From an uncultured cyanobacterium (GTDB lineage: Bacteria > Cyanobacteriota > Cyanobacteriia > PCC-9006 > JAAUQQ01), in the NCBI GenBank assembly GCA_963718615.1, contig OY970368.1:4096001-4160000 (forward strand): DNA of 64,000 nt. Direction: 5' to 3'. The position numbers and the translations under genes were made by a program. Shown here in pieces: positions 60,801 through 64,000 of the stretch. The stretch's first letter is position 1. Every line of letters starts with the position of its first letter. The notes beneath the pieces are model-generated. The model saw only the letters and a list, made by a program, of their open reading frames with translations, was not told the origin of the DNA and did no database searches.

Positions 60801-61034
60801 CTGATTCTTGGGGGGGGTACATTCTGGCCGCCGTTAGCGGTGGTGATTGCCGGGGGGGTATTATGGGCAACGCTACTATCACTCTACTTCATTCCCCCCG
60901 TCTATCTACTGTTGACAAGACGCAAATTCACTGGTGTAATTTTGCCCATAAAAAAGCCCAAAATCCCTAACATTACTGTTCACTATCAAGAGGAGAGAAA
61001 AGCCACTTTCATTCCTAAATCTTCTAAGCCTTAA
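57840..61034 (+). CDS. RND efflux permease (AcrB family)
   Basis: PRLEDP, PGASADRVESLVT, LGMLIDNAIIV, two periplasmic loops, FWPPLAVVIAGG. Confidence 0.93.
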   Translation: MLTLLYRNFRLLILCLILISLWGYASFQQLPRLEDPELTPRAAIVQTFFPGASADRVESLVTEKIETEIATVKEVMTYESTSRSGVSTIIVELQDAIGPQEVDTIWAKVRDKLRNAEPLLPPGATEPELDEIEVRAYALLVGLTWEQNDPPNYAILQRRAQVLEDSLRSLPGTEFVDTFGAPDEEIAVELAPQQLAALGLTTQQIAQQIQQSDSKGSAGQLRGNSELVLEVAGELDSLERIRRIPLQSGVGNTTGKFAWLGDVAQVRKGIVEPPSALAQVSDRPAVVIGVYVKSDFRLDQWTIAAHKTLNQFRKQLPSGIGLTVLLEQNRYVSARLNQLFSGLIQGAGLLFLVTLVMMGFQASLVIQFSLVLCVLVVFGLMVLLGMPLHQMSVMGLIVSLGMLIDNAIIVADDIHGRLHQGQRISIAIRDTVVYLTSPLTAGTLTTVFSFMPIALLKGNIGEFMGSLGVNVVLAVLTSLVVALVFTPVLMGYLYNHWHQIWGVKSLGRWGNQGFSNEKLLRWYTGTLRGSLARPLLSVFLSLLLPLSGFLAVATLDLQFFPAADRDLMQIQIELPTTGAIAQTQATVRAVRAQLLKHPEVQDLHWFIGESSPRIYYNQMNIRAGEASYAGGILQLSQIVSNDWILETQHELDAAFPSSRILLRGFEQGPPFDAPIELRIYGPDLDVLQTLGDEARALLSQLPEVTHTRALLGESLPQLSIQVDEAAARSRGLSQAEIAQQLNTTLEGVTGGSVLEGNEELPVRVRLSNADRASLDQIASLNLLVAAPSIGNQLNTTPLNALGRLSLEPKRSAITRRKGIRINTVQGFLQAGALPASALKEFQQLLNQSLVVPPGYNLSFGGEAEERGAAVGGLLASIAVLVVLMEATLVLSLGSFRLSLVIWGIAALSAGLGFLSLWIFGFPLGFNPLIGIIGLIGVSVNDSITVLTALKSDPLASQGDHHAIQQVVIHCTRHVLTTTLTTVVGFTPLILGGGTFWPPLAVVIAGGVLWATLLSLYFIPPVYLLLTRRKFTGVILPIKKPKIPNITVHYQEERKATFIPKSSKP

Positions 61035-61206
61035 ATTTCTTAAAAGATTGAGACAACCTTAGGTTTTCCCATAATTTTAGTCGGACAAATAGCCAAATTA
61101 AAATTTGCCAAAATGGCAGTTTTAACCGAAAACTATCATGGAATAATTTAAGACGTATAGGGTGCTTTACAGACTTCACAACCACTATTCTTTGGAGCAG
61201 AAAGCA

Positions 61207-61494
61207 ATGGGCAATAGTCATATCAAGATCTCCGATCTCGATACACTTGAAACGCTCTCGATGGATAAGCAAACTCCTCTTGCAGGGGGCTGGTCATGGA
61301 GCGGTTGGCTAAGGGTTACCAAGGTCGAACCAGAATCCCACAAACCTGCCGAAAAAGAGAAGGAGAAGCATTCTTGGACCGTTCAGTGGCGAGTTGATCC
61401 TAAGCCTAAACATGATGACTCCTGGCGAGAAGGAACGGTCACTTATACTTCTAGTGATAAGGAGGATTGTTATTCAGTCTGGTGGGGTTGGTAG
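61207..61494 (+). CDS. double-glycine-leader peptide precursor with Trp-rich core
   Basis: MGNSHIKISDLDTLETLSMDKQTPLAGG|WSWSGW...YSVWWGW; GGAG upstream; terminator downstream. Confidence 0.65.
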   Translation: MGNSHIKISDLDTLETLSMDKQTPLAGGWSWSGWLRVTKVEPESHKPAEKEKEKHSWTVQWRVDPKPKHDDSWREGTVTYTSSDKEDCYSVWWGW

Positions 61495-61518
61495 TTGATA
61501 GGGTATAGATCCGTCAAC

Positions 61519-61556
61519 AAGCAATACCCAACGGCTTAGTCGTTGGGTATTGCTTT
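61519..61556. terminator. bidirectional intrinsic terminator
   Basis: aagcaatacccaacg-gcttagt-cgttgggtattgcttt, 15-bp stem between convergent genes. Confidence 0.75.
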
Positions 61557-61615
61557 GATTACAATCCTCCTGTGGGTTAGATAACAGAACTTTTATTCTG
61601 GGCTCTCAACTACAC

Positions 61616-63952
61616 TCATTGAGAGGACAGGTTTACCGTCAACGAATTACCGTTGCTCCCTGGCACTAACTTAGCTGCAACCCACTCGTCTCCCGTCCAA
61701 AAAGCTCCATCTGGTCCAGCCGCATAAAGAGGAACAACAGCACCACTTGAATACTTGAGGTTCAACTGATCACCAGAGTAGATCGAGTCATCAAAATCAC
61801 TCTCTACAACAATCGGATCGCGGTTCCGAAGCGTACCATTGGGAGCATCCTGAATTTCTAGGAAGATCTGGTAAGACGACTGAATCCCGGCGCTTCCTAG
61901 CAAAGGATCGTCTTGGGAGAAACTTCCCCCAGCTTGTAGGATTAGGGGGGGCTGATTTTGAACAATGGAATTAAACGCTAGGTCAGGACTGCCATCACCA
62001 ATATTGACGGTAATGACATCACCAAGCGGTGTTTGTCCCGTAGAACTGGAGCGGATGATTTCGCTCTTTGACACGTCATAGCGTCCATCCAGAGTTCCTA
62101 AATTACCTAAGAGTGGGTTATTAACGATCGCATCTTCAGCTTCACCCAACAGCAACTGAGTTTCTCCACGAAGTTCTGCGCTGAAGGCAGGATCATTATT
62201 GGTGGGGTCAAAGCCAACGTTGATGATGATGGAATTAGAGAAGTTCACGATGGCACCCGCATCCATGAGCTCTAGGTTGGCCGGGGTTTGCCCCTGGGTC
62301 AATCGGCTGACGAGCGGAGGGTAAGAACCGCTTTGGAAGCCAAACTCACCGGTTTTATCATTAATAAACTCAAAGCTGGGGCTGGAAAAGCTGAGATTAG
62401 TGTTGCCGTTGAAGACGGCGATCGCATCCCGATTCTTACTAACATCATCGCTCATCCTGTAGAGCGTACTTGTATTCTGAGCCAGATTTGTTTCAATGAC
62501 ATACTGATCCGCCGAACCATGGAGAACAACCAAATCCTCACCGACGGTAAAGTCATTGACAATGGCGAAATCCCCCCATTGATTGCCAAAGTAGTAAGTT
62601 TGGTTGATGTTACCGAGGATGAAGCGATCGCCTCCAACCCCACCCGTTAAATTATCTACTTCCCACCGGCCCAAAGCGACATCATCAGTCCCGTTGAGGC
62701 TATCATCGCCCTGACCACCATAGAGATGATCGTTGCCACTACCACCGGTCAAATGGTCATCGCCATCCAATGCTTCGATTTTATCGTTGCCGCCGAGGCC
62801 GAAAATATTATCATCTTCCTTCGTACCCGTCAGTGGCCAGTTCGCTTGTTCGCTGCCCAGAATTTCAATCTTGCCACCGCTTCGCAGCTTAGCCACACCT
62901 GCATCAACTGAGCTATTGAATTCGCCAGCGGCAAGGGAAATAATCTCCGTCATTCCAGAAACTGGATCCACATCCGAATCCAAGGTTTCGTGATTGCCGA
63001 CATTAGCAGCGGTGAAGCTAAAGGCATTGGGAAGACCACTAAAGCCAACCTTATAGTTGCCCGCTGCAAGATTAGCAAATCCGTAATAGCCACTTGCGTT
63101 GACAATTTGACTGCGGCTAATATCGTCCCCTGTGCCAAAAACACCATCTTGGCCTGCACCAGTGAGTGTGACGCGAACACCACCAAAACCACCTTCACCA
63201 TCGTCATGAATACCATTTTGGTTGGCGTCGAAGAAGACACGGTTGCCGATGAAACCGGTTTTTGGGTCGCGCTGCGGAGAGACCGTTACCTGAACTTGGG
63301 CAATATCTTCACCACCCTTACCGTCGTTGACGTGGTAGGAGAAAACGTCGCTACCCACAAAGCCTGCATTGGGAACGAAACTCAGCTGGCCATTGGGTTG
63401 CAGTGTCACAGAACCGTTGGCGGTGGAAACAGCTTGGCCAGAAGCAATGGGCCAACCATTGAGGGAGGTAATCCTCAGGGCATCTCCATCGGGGTCACGG
63501 TCATTGCTCAGCACATTAAGGTTAACGGATTGACCTGCGGTGACGGAAGCAACATCATTCTGAGCCTCTGGAGCTTCCTGTAGGTTCAAAAGCTTAACGG
63601 CAAGTATCTGAGTATCGGCATAACCGGCGGCGTCTTTGACTTGGATTTTTACGTCATAGATGTTGTCGTTCGCAACAACAGATCGAGGAGTTTCAAAGTC
63701 CGGGGCTTCTTTGAAGAAGAGCTTGCCGCTAAGCTGGTCAATTTCAAAGAAATGGGCGTCAGCTCCACCAATAATGCTATATCTCAAGCGACCATTGGCC
63801 TCGGTACTAATGGCATCATAGGTTTCCACATTAGTCACGAAACGGGTATTTTCGTTGACGTTGACATGAGCACTGTCGCCACCCCCATTACTCGTAATGC
63901 GGGGCTTGTTACTAGAGAAAAGACTTCCTAAAACCATGATCGGGCTTACCAT
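61616..63952 (-). CDS. extracellular adhesin-like protein (cadherin, Big_9/tandem-95, SdrD-B, RTX Ca-binding repeats, unknown C-terminal domain)
   Basis: PDFETP...DNIYDVKIQV, VLSNDRDPDGD...FVPNAGFVGSD.FSY, IGNRVFFDANQNG...DSDVDP...VDAG, GGNDKI/GGSGNDHLYGGQGDD. Confidence 0.85.
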   Translation of the reverse strand: MVSPIMVLGSLFSSNKPRITSNGGGDSAHVNVNENTRFVTNVETYDAISTEANGRLRYSIIGGADAHFFEIDQLSGKLFFKEAPDFETPRSVVANDNIYDVKIQVKDAAGYADTQILAVKLLNLQEAPEAQNDVASVTAGQSVNLNVLSNDRDPDGDALRITSLNGWPIASGQAVSTANGSVTLQPNGQLSFVPNAGFVGSDVFSYHVNDGKGGEDIAQVQVTVSPQRDPKTGFIGNRVFFDANQNGIHDDGEGGFGGVRVTLTGAGQDGVFGTGDDISRSQIVNASGYYGFANLAAGNYKVGFSGLPNAFSFTAANVGNHETLDSDVDPVSGMTEIISLAAGEFNSSVDAGVAKLRSGGKIEILGSEQANWPLTGTKEDDNIFGLGGNDKIEALDGDDHLTGGSGNDHLYGGQGDDSLNGTDDVALGRWEVDNLTGGVGGDRFILGNINQTYYFGNQWGDFAIVNDFTVGEDLVVLHGSADQYVIETNLAQNTSTLYRMSDDVSKNRDAIAVFNGNTNLSFSSPSFEFINDKTGEFGFQSGSYPPLVSRLTQGQTPANLELMDAGAIVNFSNSIIINVGFDPTNNDPAFSAELRGETQLLLGEAEDAIVNNPLLGNLGTLDGRYDVSKSEIIRSSSTGQTPLGDVITVNIGDGSPDLAFNSIVQNQPPLILQAGGSFSQDDPLLGSAGIQSSYQIFLEIQDAPNGTLRNRDPIVVESDFDDSIYSGDQLNLKYSSGAVVPLYAAGPDGAFWTGDEWVAAKLVPGSNGNSLTVNLSSQ

Positions 63953-64000
63953 TAATTAAGAACATGGTTGATGCACTAACCTGCAATTGACGACCCAACT

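Overview
Cyanobacterial chromosomal window (abundant HIP1 GCGATCGC, cyanobacterial rpmH-rnpA-yidC-jag-yceD-ycf46 block, glgB). It has three zones. (1) 1.1-7.3 kb: an AT-rich island after leuD that looks like an integrase-less integron cassette array (attC-like sites bracketing a SpoVK/CbbX-type AAA ATPase, an AbiEi/AbiEii pair and small unknown ORFs), followed by an intact IS1380 with TIRs and a 5-bp target duplication. (2) 7.3-24.8 kb: core genes (PAS hybrid kinase, comF, tRNA-Phe, SDR, egtD/egtB, rpmH operon, ycf46, glgB). (3) 25.5-61 kb: an orphan ~35-kb biosynthetic cluster with two divergent arms. The leftward arm has an enediyne-type iterative PKS (PksE-like) split into two genes that share a duplicated terminal motif, with tandem ACPs, a fused PPTase and a fused double hotdog thioesterase, followed by three paralogous flavin-dependent halogenase-like genes; the enediyne E3/E4/E5 genes were not recognised. 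The rightward arm has a hydrolase, a reducing PKS with a degenerate ER, a PLP alpha-oxoamine synthase, a stand-alone enoyl reductase, an MBL hydrolase, a RetSat/CrtI-like oxidoreductase, DUF2141, a V4R protein and an RND pump. The window ends with a Trp-rich double-glycine-leader peptide and an RTX/cadherin adhesin. All calls come from reading motifs by eye; no searches were run.
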